Shown here in pieces: positions 36,156-48,181 of a DNA stretch of 64,000 nt. The notes below the pieces were generated by a model that was given only the letters and a program-made list of their open reading frames with translations, was not told the origin of the DNA and did not search any database. The position numbers were made by a program, and so were the translations under genes. Every line of letters begins with the position of its first letter. The first letter of the stretch is position 1. The stretch spans positions 2,232,001 through 2,296,000 of the forward strand of contig CM102286.1 of assembly GCA_046563655.1 (NCBI GenBank), given 5' to 3'. This DNA is from Yuukianura sp. NJ FZ-2021 (Eukaryota).

Positions 36156-37409
36156 GTAAGTGTCTAAAAAGAACTAAAACTAAAAACTAAAGAAAAAGAA
36201 GTAAGGTGTCGGTGTAAGCAAGCATGCATGCATTGAGAGAGGCCACGGTTTAAATTTTATAATTTATGATGTTGGCTTGTTCAAAAGAACTCAAGAGTCT
36301 GACATATGAGCATTTTTCGAATTTTGTTGTTTCATTTTTTTTTTTCGTTTTTGTACTAATATGTCTTCGTTTCATGTCAAATTTTCTGAAATTATCATTG
36401 CATAATGTAAAGACTAAAGAGGGTTTTGTTTTTATTTGTTAACCAAGTTGATGTAAGATTAACTTTTTTTAAAAGGTTTTTTTAGTATTGCCTTTGATTG
36501 ATAAAGTTGCGACAGTTTTAGTAGAAGGAGCTTTCTTCTATCCACTTTGGGTTTTCGTTCTTATCTTCCGCTCCTTGTTCTAAATGTTGCTCTCCAATTC
36601 TGTTTTTTTTTTTTACTTTTTCTGACTCTGACTTTCTGACGTGCTGTGAATTTGAATCTTTTGTGATTTTGATTTTTTTTCTATTTGTTTCAAAGGGAAA
36701 ACGGGTCTTTTGGAATTGTCGTGAGAGATTCCTGTCGTCTAACTTCAATTTCCAACCGCTTTGGTAAGTTCCAGTTTTACTTTTTATTTTTTACAGTCAG
36801 TAGAATGGTGATAATGGATTAATCTTTTCGTGAGAGGCAGACTGTGTGTTTAAAAGCGAATGGGGGGATATATGACGCATAATTAGTGTTGTACTGTATA
36901 CTAAGTAAAGTGATTCAAATGCATTTTAGTCTTAAGTTTGCTAAAGTACGACTAAAAATGTTAAGTTGTGGTTACCCCGAAGAAGGGAGGCTTTTCTGGA
37001 ATATTGTCTGTTGAGGCTTGACTTGAAGTTTTTTTTGAACAGGAAATTGAGATAATATACTTGGACTTTGTTAAGCTCAAGCCCAAAAAGTTTAGTTTTC
37101 TTAATAGGTTGCATTTGAACTGGACTTTTTTTGGTTGCTTAGTTTTAGTTGAAGGAAAAGTTAGTCCAAGGAAACATAAACTGGAGTGATTTGTCTTTAT
37201 TAGTGACCAAGAATTGAAGCTAAGAAGAGTTGCATCTTTCACCACCACTTCCAATTCCAAGTATATTTCTGTGGTGTGGTTGACTTTCTACTTTTGTGGT
37301 TTTTGTAACTTGTTCAGTGTTATTATTAGTGTTACTCTGTTGGTTTTCGTAGAGCGCCAATTTATATCTCACAGAAAAATATCTCGAGTTCAGTAGGTTT
37401 GAGACAGTT

Positions 37410-37760
37410 TTTGTAAAAATATTTTGGCACATTTTGGGGAGATATTTGAGTCAGATATATTTTGAGGGATATACTTTGGGCAGAGATATTTTGAGATACT
37501 TTGGCCAGAGATATTTTGAGGGAGATACTTTGGCAAGAGATAGTTTGATGGAGATATTTTGGCAAGTAGCAAGAGATATTTAACAAGAAATATTTTTTGG
37601 AGAGCATTCTTTGAGTGGACCGTCTATTTTTTGGTATTTTGGTATTTTGATGTAAATATTTTTTTGATCTTTTGCTTAATAGTTTTTGATATTTCGATGG
37701 TATATTTGTTGATATTTTGATGTAATATTTTTTGATATTTTGTTTAGTATATGTTTTGTT
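37410..37760. repeat. Degenerate tandem repeat (GAGATA(T/C)TTTG.. / GATATTTT units)
   Basis: Repeated ~14-15-nt units visible directly; possibly one arm of a decayed foldback element. Confidence 0.7.
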
Positions 37761-39231
37761 CTAATCAAAATCCAGAGATGTTTGTGTTTTAGTAACAGAT
37801 TTTGGAACCTTCTGTGCATCATTCAGTTGGTTGCAAATGTAATCTGAAGGGGAGTGTTTTCCCGGATCTTTTCGTTTCATCATAATTAAGCGAAGGGAGG
37901 AGTACCCAGCAGGGAGATGTTAGCTCCTGCCACGGTTTTTCTGGAAGATCCTCTGATTGAGTTTAAGCTTAAAAGGAAGCGAAGGCAACGTTCAAAAAAA
38001 TCCTGTTTCAAGTCATGCAGGCACAAGGGAGGGAGGGGACTTAAAACTAACGAGAGAGAGTGAGTTGGATTGAAAATTTTGAACAAGGACTTTTCTAAAA
38101 GATTTTTTTTTATTTTGATTTTGATTTTAATAGAGTGGAAGTGGAGAGTGTTTTAGGAAGCTGTTGCTCGCTGGGAAGAAAAAATGAGGAAGCCATTCCC
38201 GTATTTCATCTTTTTTTCAAAGTTCGGATCATAAGATCAGCAGTAGCTAAATGGGAAACTGGCAGGCAGCGGGAAATTCCTGTTGGTTTTTACAGTTTTC
38301 AAAAAAAATTATGTAATTCAAAAATTTTCGGTGTCAATTCTTGCAAAATTGAGGCATTTGCAACAGTTGAACTTTGCGAGGAAAATTGTTGTAGATTTTT
38401 TTTTTCATTTTGTGTTTCTTTTTGATTTTGATTTTCAACTTCGTTTTCATTTTAAAAGTTCCACAGATTTTGACGATATTTTTTTTACATTTTAAGTTTG
38501 TTTCAAATTTTGACCAGTTTTCGTTTTCATTTGGAGTTTCTCGCCGATTTTTCAAGTTTCTCAGTAAAATTGTATTTGTGCTGCTCGAATTTTGTGAGAT
38601 TCGGAAAAGTTAGGTCTTCAATTGTTAGATTTTTGATGGAATGGCTTAAGAAAAGGCAACGTAAAGCAAGGCACGTCGCCTTCACTTCTTCTTCTATTTG
38701 CGTTTGGGGATGAATGGAAGGCTGGAGAAAGTTGGGTGATGCTGGATGCTGGTCTGAGACTACTGGGACTGATGTTGGTTTATGAATCGATAGAGAGATG
38801 AGCGTGGAAAGTTCTCCGGTGTTGAGGCTCTTCTGGATTCGTCTGGCGAAGGAGAGGGAGTGAATGGGAAGAGATCAGATTAGATGAGATTCTGTTCCAG
38901 AAGGGAAAAGATGCGATTCAGGCGTCAGCTAGGGTCCTTGGGACAACTTATACTACTTTTTTCGGAGCTTCGCTTAGGTTAGGCTAGGAAAAAACCGAAT
39001 TTTTCGGACAGACTGAGACCCTAAAATGGCTTAAGGGTGATGCTGAATCTGAGAGGTTCACACTTGACTGGATTCCCCAGATGTGATCTCTGGTCACTTA
39101 TAAAAGTGAAAGTGCTTGAAAATTGGAATTTTTCAGCCAATTTGTTCAAAAAACTAGATTTTAATGGGATCTATTTTAGTTTTTTGGGTTTTTAGAGTCC
39201 ATTTAGGAAAAGTTTGCAGAGGAAGATGGAA

Positions 39232-39602
39232 TACAGTAGAACTCTCTAATAGCAACTTCGATTTTTCCGGCGTGATACCGTAAAAGTTAAGTTTTTGGAG
39301 GGTTTCAGGTTAAATGAATTACGTTTGGGTGTTCTATATACGCCTCTGACGCAATGTAAAGGGAGAGTTTACGGTATTAGAGCGCGTTTGATAAGAATTT
39401 ACGGTATCAGAGAGTGAGACAGAGAGTTGTTGTAAGACAGTTTACTATCAACGCTAGTTGCTATAAGAGAGGTTTTTCTGTATATTTTTCTGTATACAGC
39501 GAGTTCGTATAAGAGAGAATTTTCTGTATAGAGCCAGAAATTGCTGTGAGTGAGGTTTTTGCGTATATCAAAGTGAGTTGCTATAAGAGATGGTTTACTG
39601 TA
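39232..39602. mobile_element. pogo/Tigger-like MITE remnant with tandemly amplified right end
   Basis: TA|CAGTAGAACTCTCTAATAGCAAC ... GTTGCTATAAGAGATGGTTTACTG|TA; further right-TIR-like copies at ~39427, 39457, 39502 and 39540. Confidence 0.6.
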
Positions 39603-41706
39603 TACTTTATGTTCAATGACGCTAGAAATGGTTTGGATCCGGACATTCTGCAAACATTTGTAACTTTATCTTGGTTGACTTAATTTCAAACCAGGAAAAT
39701 GTTAAGTCCTGTTGTAATCTGGGGCTCTCCTTAGCAGTCTGAAGTGGATTTTGGAAGGAGAAAAAACAGTATTTGCGTAACTGATATCTGCAGAGGAGAT
39801 GAAGTTTAGGTTAAGTTTTAATAAGGAAAGGCCAAAAACTAGACTTTGGCTGAAACTTTAGGTTAGGCTTTGTTCAAAACTAAAATTGAGCCAAGGGCTG
39901 TTGGACTTTGGACTGTGTGAGGCATGTTTAACAGCCTAGGCTGTGACTTGCAAGTCTAAATAAGAGTTGTCTTGGCCAGGTTCTGGAAGAATGGAATTTG
40001 TTAAGGGCTCAAGTGATTCTGCTGCTGGAGACTCGAGCTCATCTTCACTTTTAAAAGGAGATGAGATCTCCTGTGTGAGATTCTTGGGAGATGAGGAGAC
40101 TTTAGTGTGAGATGTTATCCAAGAAGTAGGCTTGGTTCTGTACAGATGCCAGGGTTTGTACATGTACAAAGTGTACAGAGGAAGAATGAGTTTCATTTTC
40201 TGGTGAAAGGTGATGACCTCCCGTTTCTTTGGATTGGACCAACTGCCTCGTGAGGCTGGGACTACCTAAACCTAAGACGAGGCCAAATTAGCATTTTCTT
40301 AACAAAGAAATTGGAAAACCGAAACGTTTCTAGACGTGGAACAACAATCCTTAAGGTTCCTGGAGGGTTGAGCAGGATCCTTGGTTAAGGCTCGTCCAAG
40401 GGCCCCCTTTTTGTGAAGGTTCTGGAGGCCCTTGGTTAGCTTAAGTTATGTTTTTTGTTCACTTTAGTTATAAGATGGTCCTTAAGGGCTGGAAAGGTAG
40501 ACATTTGTTGCTCGCTGTGCTCCAAAGTTATTGTTTGGGTTATGACCTTGTCTAACTTATAGAGGAGAGACTTGACATGGATTTTATCCCTTAAGGTTTA
40601 AATTGCTATACATTTTAAAGTTTTTAAAGTCTCAGGCCCCTTGGAAAGGTTAATGGAGGCGGGAAAAGGATGATTTTTAAAGATTTTATTTGTTTGGGTA
40701 CTTAATAATTTGAAGTACCCTCCAAAACTATGGTGAACCTATGAGTCACGGTCATAGTATTTGAAAAAAAAACTGAAAAAACGACTATTTCATTTAATTT
40801 TTGAAAATTCCGGGGAAATAATGAAAGGGTTAACGTGTTTTTTGGTTTGATTTTTATCAAAATCCGGTTCATGCTTAAAGGGCCCCTCCAATTCCAAATT
40901 TTCGAATGTGCTGTAGGGTAGGTTCAAAATTTTCTGAAATGGTTCAAAATTTTGAGAAAGGTTCAAAAATTTGAACAAAAAAATATGATTCTAAAATGGC
41001 TTGGTTTTTGGCTGGCGCCAGAATTTTGGTTTTTGAATTTATTTGGAAAATTTTAGAAAGTCAACTTGGATTTTGACCTGAACGGGAGTATTGTTTAGAA
41101 GGTACATGAATTTTTAAACTGTTGTAGACGGCGGGTTTAACATAAGAAAGTGTCGGCGTAACTTTCAAGTTTCTTGGCTTAGTAAAAGTTTATGATTGTG
41201 TCGTTCCTGTACCGTGAAACCCCTTGAACGAAAACCTATTGTCCATTCTTCTACGAAAAAGCATTTGCATTTTAGAGCCATTTTCGCTTGCACTGTTTTT
41301 TTGGAAGTGGATTTTAACATTGGGTTGTGAAACTTCTTTGTTTCCTTTTTTTTTAAACTTGAGCCCAGTCGATTGTTGAAAATTAACATTCTTGGAGGAT
41401 GGATTTCCTTTGAGTGTTAGGTTTTTAGTACTGTTTATTCAGTTGGTTCAGATAGACGTCAAATACTGGCAGTATTTTGTGATGCTTGGAAAAAAAAATA
41501 AGGGTTAAGAGCCTATTGTTAAGTTTAAAGTAATTGTTAAGTCTAAAAATATTTAACTTTAGGCTAATTTGATAATGCCTGGACGTGTCTTGTGTTAATT
41601 ACCTTCAGTTGGAAAGAGTTATGCTCAAAAATAATATGTTCCTTACACATCTCGCGGGAAGATTTGAAAAAAATTGAAACATGAAGATACGTGGAACAAG
41701 AAAAAG

Positions 41707-41791
41707 TTTTGTTGGAGCCAGCTTTCTCAGTGGGTCTTCCAGACAATTTTTTTTAGTTCTGAGATCATTGTGAAAGCTGATTCTGATAAAA
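41707..41791 (+). ncRNA. bantam: bantam microRNA precursor hairpin (mature 3p 41760-41782)
   Basis: 41760-41782 = TGAGATCATTGTGAAAGCTGATT, the common arthropod mature bantam sequence. The 5p arm CCAGCTTTCTCAGTGGGTCTTCC (~41718-41740) pairs with it; basal stem 41707-41717/41781-41791; CNNC (CAGC, 41799-41802) ~17 nt downstream of the mature 3' end. Confidence 0.96.
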
Positions 41792-43056
41792 CGTGAATCA
41801 GCCAACAAGCGAAACTCAAAACCTAGCCTTAGCCTAACCGAAGACGGCATTAAACTACGATTAACATAATTAAAAGTTAATTTTATTTAGTCGCATTTAT
41901 GTAATTTTAATCAGAGTGTGAAAGAGAGTGAGAAAATTTTGGTGTAATTGGACAGTTGGAGTTTGAATGTCTCTAAAGCAAATCGAATGTGAAATTTTAA
42001 AAACCTGAATTAAAAAATTTCCGAAATGTATTTATTTATTGAATTGGTTTGAATTTTGTTTTGTTTGAAGATCGTTTGGTGGGCGGAGACTGGCAGCGGA
42101 ATGGAAACACGGAAAAACACTCTGGCTGGAATGCTGGGAAGACGGAAAATGCTGGAGCCATTTCTTGTGACCAAGTTCAGCTTCAGCTCCGATCGAAACT
42201 CTAATCAGAGGAAATGGACTCCAGTATAGCTTTGGGATGCTGGATGCTGGATGCTGCTGGTGGGAAATGATCATTAGATTCATTTTAGATGAAGGTTTTT
42301 AGTAAAAGGGCCAGTTTACTTACTACAAAAGCATTTGTACTGCACGAGGAATGCTGGGAGAAAGTTTGCACAGCTTTCTCCACCGCCGTAAACCAAGGTT
42401 GGATTTGCTGCTGTTCCAAGTTTTTAGAATGCTGGAATCCTTGAAATCTAAATATCTGGGAGGCCAAAACCTAAAACCTAACTTACGAAAAACACAAAGG
42501 AGAACAAAGGATTTGAGTTTGAAGAATAATTCTACCTGTTCTAGTGGAGTTATAGTCATTTTGTAGCAATATGCGGAAAAATGTATGAATTAGTTAACAA
42601 TATTGTGGAAAGTTGTTTCAACTTTTGTGCACTTCTTCCTTTTCAGAGGATTTTAAGTTGGGTTTTAGAAATGTAAGGTTATAGCACGTAGGAGAGCAGC
42701 TCACAGCGATATCAGGGCAAAATGCTATTCTCTGCTGTGTTTGTGGATTTATGTTCCAGAAGGCGCTCCCCTATTATTCAAAAGTGAAACGCCTAATAAA
42801 ACTAAAACGTAAAGTTTTTAGAAGTTTTTCGGGGTGGCCATATTGTGTTTCCAGCAGAAGCTTCATCTAAATTCTAAATTCTTAAACTTAGGTTATGGCA
42901 GTGGTAATGCTAGGTTTTTCGTAATCTCAATAGTTGTTCATTGCCCAGAAGTTTACCGGTAGTTTACGGAGAGAGCCGTAACGATACATATTTAAGTCGT
43001 GTGTGGTGTATACAAAAGTGGAGTAATTGGATGTTGGTTGGAGTTAAACTGATGTC

Positions 43057-43245
43057 TACCGTAAAACTTCTAATATGAGCCCCGGCTTGTATTTTTCGCG
43101 CCGGAAGACTTGCCTGTATTAGAGACTGGCTTCTACTACGAAAAATTTCTGGTCTACATGATGTAGATTACTTCGGGCTTACAGTAATTGCCATCCATTA
43201 CCGGGCTTGTATTGGGGACTGGATTCTCTTAGAAGTTTTACGGTA
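43057..43245. mobile_element. Same TA-flanked MITE family, copy 2
   Basis: TA|CCGTAAAACTTCTAAT...TTAGAAGTTTTACGG|TA; shares CCCCGGC and GGCTTGTATT sub-motifs with 35098-35227. Confidence 0.8.
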
Positions 43246-46200
43246 ATTAGGTTATTGTAGTTGTTGCTGGAGAGACGCATTTATGAGGGTTGTAGAAATG
43301 CTAAAGTGGAAGTGAAAGTAAAATGCAGAGCTGGAATGGCTAGTGCTAGTGCTTTTGTGTTTTTAAGGTGACGCTGCTAGAATCCTGTTGGTTGTCGGAA
43401 TCCTTCAGTGTAGCTGTTTCCTTTTACATTTTCATAGGTTCCAATTAAGGCTTCAAAGTTCTGAGCTGGTTAGGCTACGTTAGGCTAAGGCAGAGCTATG
43501 TTAGGTTGGAGCAAGAGACGAGAGCTGAAGTGGTGAAAGTACTTTTGAGGAGAAGCGGGAGAAAAATTAAGTTGGAGACTTTCACTGGCGTTTGTCGCTT
43601 TGCTTAAGAACACTTCCGTGAGACTTTCTCTTATTCGCTTTGGGAAAACTAAGAAGTTTTGGAGGAAAAGACGGAAAGGAGGAAGGAAGACATCAAAATT
43701 ATGAAGATTTTGATGAAACGGGACCAAAAAGAAGATGCTGCAGCGAGATTTTGAATTGCTTGGTGTTTTTTTTTATACTAGTTTTCCTCTTTCTATTTTC
43801 TTTTTTAAGGTTTGTTCCATTTTGAGCTAGAAAATGGAGAGTTGGCGTGTGGAGAATAAATGGAATTAGGTGTGGTAGTAAAGGACGTTCATAAAAAGGC
43901 TGGAAATCCATTCTTTCTTTGGTCATAGTGAAAGCAAAGAATAGAAATTGTTAGGGTATGTTTAGCCTAACCTCTTTCAAACGACATGGAACGGATGAGT
44001 GACACTTAAACTCGGTTTTGGATAAATCGAAATGTTTTATTTGATTTTTTTGACCTTATGACCTCCTGGATTTAGTTTGGATTCTTGTTTTCATGAATTT
44101 TTGTGGGTACGTTTTTTGATTTAAACATTTTTGTAGCTTATTTTTCGAATTGATGATTTTAGGTTGAGATTTTTAGGTGTTTTTTTTTGAAAAACCTATT
44201 TAGATATTTCGATTGTTTCTAGAATAGTTGAAATAGAGTGACTGTCCTCTGTATGCTACGAATAAAAGTCGAAATTTTTGGACGTCATGTGGGTTTTGCA
44301 ATTTTATTTTTAAGCTTAATTCAAAAGTTGTTTGTGGGAGGCATTGAAATGGAAAATTTGAGGAGACATTGAGTGGAAGAATGGAGAAAGCTGTTTTTTT
44401 AATAAGTGAAATCCAATGACAGCTTGGAGGTGGTTTCAAAAGAGAAAGTGAAAGCAAAAGTTAATCAAAGGAATACTAAAAATTCATTTTTGAAAAAAGA
44501 ATCAGCATACGCTTTTACATGTTGGTACTAGTTTTAAAAATTCAGGAGGAAAAATCAAATCGAATTTTGCTTTTTGAAGTTTTTCGACTTTACGGCTTCA
44601 TCACAGTCATAATTGATCAACTCTTGCATAATTTGCTATTTTTACTGGTTCTTGTACACTAAATTTTGCTTGTGCTTCTTTTTTTTTTTTTGCTTTCACT
44701 CTAAGAAAAAAAAGTAGATAAATTATTTCTAGAGATTTTTCTACTCGAAAAGTTTTTCAGTGTAGGTTTTAAAAATTAGTTTCAGACTGACGTGTCAAAA
44801 CAAATTAAGAAATTTATGGAATGTTTAAATCTTTTTCAAAATTTTTCTTTTCAAAATCTCTAAAAGTTCTAAAAGTTTTGAATTTCGTTAAAGATATGTT
44901 AAGTTCTGTTTTAAAATTTTGAAACAAACGTGTACAGTGCTCTAAAACTGTTCTTTTCCCTTTGGTTTTTGGGATAATGGTTGTCATAATTTCTTAAAGT
45001 TGACATTCTCCTATTTCCTGCCACTCTGCCAGTTTTAATTTTAAATGTTCCCTCCTCCAAGGCATTCCAGTTCCTTTGTTAATAGACTCTTTGTGACAGG
45101 ATTCCCACTGTACTTAGGCCCCATTCCCTCCGAAATGTTAGTGCCTCCAGGACTTCTTTTTTCCCTTCACTAGTCATGATCATAATCTCAAGGAAATCTT
45201 AAGGAAAGGGTTTCGTCTGTGCAGCGCCACTTTCAAATAGGAAAGCTTTTCAAATGAAGTGAACAAGGAAACAACGGGAACTGGAATGCTGGTGAGGAGT
45301 CAGCATTCAAACATTCAAACGTAAACGACTAATGGTACTTCAGCACCAGAATAAAATGGAAAGAGGTATGGAGATGTCTGGGTTATAACTGTTGGGTAGA
45401 TTGCCTTGCTCAGGATTTGGAGCATGGATGTGAAGGTGTGAAAATTTTTGGAAACATGCATATTGCATACTTTCCTTTGGCGTCGACTTTTTTTGAAAAA
45501 TATTTTGATATACAGTTGTATTTGTAGAGTTTCCAAGAAGCTTTTATAACTTTTGAAAACAAAAAGGTTAGGTTACATTTTCCATAGCATATTTTTCGTA
45601 ATAGTACGATGGATTCTGCGAAAACTTAACAAAAGCTGCAGACTACAATGCAATGCGCATGAACAAACGAATTCCAGGATTTTGGAATACAAAACTTTCA
45701 GAATAAAAAAAATTGATCAATTCTAGGAGAAGTTTGCTCGTCATGTGGGTGTAGGAAGGAAAAAAAAATTATTCTTGGAAAAAATTTGCTTTTCAATTTT
45801 TTCGAACTTGTATTACGTAGGTTGCGTTTTTTTAAATTTTGACAATGCTACAAATTTTTGGTGCAACGGAACCTAGGCTATGCTGGTCTAGTTAAATTGA
45901 GTACTTGGTTAAGCTTAGATTTTTTACAAAATTTTGAATTGAGCTAGCTTTACACGAAAATGGAACTTTTTGAAAAATCCCGGGAAAGGTGGAAAATATA
46001 AGACATTTTGGCAGGGTTCGAAAAGTTTACTAAAGTTTTCTGTTCACATTGAATTTTGGTTGTATTTTTGTGCATCCGCCTGTGACTGCCTTAACGTCCG
46101 CTTGTTTGAAAGTTAGTTTGGGCAGAGGATTCTGTTGGTTGGATTTTGTGAGGAAAAGGGAGGGAACGTTGAAACGATCTGACATTGGAGAAGAAGAAGA

Positions 46201-48181
46201 AACCATTTGAACCCATCAATTTTCCACTACACACACCAAAGGCAACTTACAGGGAATTCGAATATTTCAGAGGCACAAGAGGTTTCACTCTTCGCTTCAA
46301 AAAGAGCTTATTCCAGTGCCCATACTATTATTTCCTCAAATTCTAATCTCTTTTCCTCATACCCAGTTTACTTCTTCAAAGGAACTCAAAAAATAACATA
46401 TTTTTCAAAAAAAAAAGTCTCAAAGAATTTTCAAAGAATTTTGAAATCTAAACAAAGTACTAGGTATCGACCTTCAAAAAAAGAAATTCCGAGCTCCTGA
46501 TGTCAAAATTCACCAAGAAAAAAAATTACGATGTTTTTGACACTTTTCGGGGAAATCTTCGGTAGAAATTTTCTTACAAAAAATTTCAAAAAAGTTAGCT
46601 TAGGGAGAATTATTTCAAGCAAAGTTTTCTCGTTTTAATTTTTTTTGAATGTATTGTGAGTGTAAAATTTTTTGTCAAAACACAGCATAAACAAAATAAA
46701 CTGATTTTTTTTTTAAAAAAATTTCTTCATGTATATTTTTCATCATAACTTTTCTCTTAAAAAAACTTCGGTTTGTGGCGAAAATTAGAATTGAGTTACT
46801 ACCATCACAGTTTTGGTCTTTTGTTAAGCTAGGTTAAGACTGAAAAGTTAGTTTTTTTGGGATTCAAAGAATGCTGGATAAGAAAAAAGGTTTTTGTAGT
46901 AAAAGTGAGAGCGTTTTTATGAATAAGTGAAGAGAGTGAAAGTGAAGCCCTGTGTTAGGGTTAGTAGTTTCCCATTGTACACTTTCAGGGAAAAGGGAAT
47001 GGAGAAAGTTAAAGTTTAGTTGATGAGTCGTGCGTGCTTCAAGTAGGCAAAATGGATGACTGCAGTGGGCGGGAAAATTTCAGAATTTCTTCTACAAACG
47101 CAGCTAGCAGTATTTCCGTCTGGCTTTTTAGTTATGCAGTTCCCAGACCCACCCTCCCTCCTGCATATTGGATTTGCATCATAACATTATTCTGATTGTG
47201 TCGATTTCCCATTGGTATTGACGTACTAAGATGGAAAAATACAAACCTAAAGTTAGGTCTAAGTCGCTTCCCGTGCTTTTTGAAAAGTCTAAAACCCACA
47301 AGCGTACTTGTGAATTCTTTTGAAGATGGCTAGGTTTGCACGAAGTAAAAAACGAAGTTGGACACAAAACCTAAGTTTTTATTTAACTAAAGAAGAAGCT
47401 TCTTTCTGGCAGTAGTAAGAGTCGTGTAGTGTCTTAAAGCATGAGAACTGTGAGCAGAATAATAGGAAAAGGGCAAGTTTTCGTGATGCCTGATGCATTT
47501 TTCCTTGTGAATTTTCGGTAGGAACCACATTGTGAAAAGGAAAAGGTTTCTCGTCTGGCTCTTGCTGAGGCTTTGAGGCTTTTACTAACGTTTCTGCCCA
47601 TACCTACAGTTGGAATGAAGCATTTCCTCAGTTTGTAGTCTACAAAGTTTCGATAGCATACTCTCAAGTTAGGGTTTCCGTACAACTTTGTCAGCAGTAA
47701 AGAGGTCAACTCCATTTTTTAGAATTCACGAATTTGGAATTTTGGACTCTTTACATTTTTGAATAAGCCAATAAAATCAATTATGGTTAAAAAGAGTCAC
47801 TAAAATTTTGTATTTTTCTTGGCGCACAAAATTTTGGTTTTTGGATTTGTAGAATTTTGGTTTAGAGAATTTTGATTATACTGTATTATATTTTTGGAAA
47901 GTTTTGGCTTTGATGTGTAGACTTTTGGCTGTTATAATCAAGCAAAGAAGTTGAAATTCACACTAGTTAAATAATTTCAGAGTATTTTTTTTAAGAAGTT
48001 GATCCGATTGCTGTTGACTTTTTTTTCGCCTGGTGAACTGAGCGGTTTTGGTGCCACAAAAAAAAAGTTTTTCCGAGCGTGGCCCTTTCTCGTCTGTTCT
48101 GCTGGTCGATCCATGACATTGGAAGTTCTTGTGTGTGGATTGAGGCTGACTGTGGACTGTGAGACACATGCTGAGTGGCTC

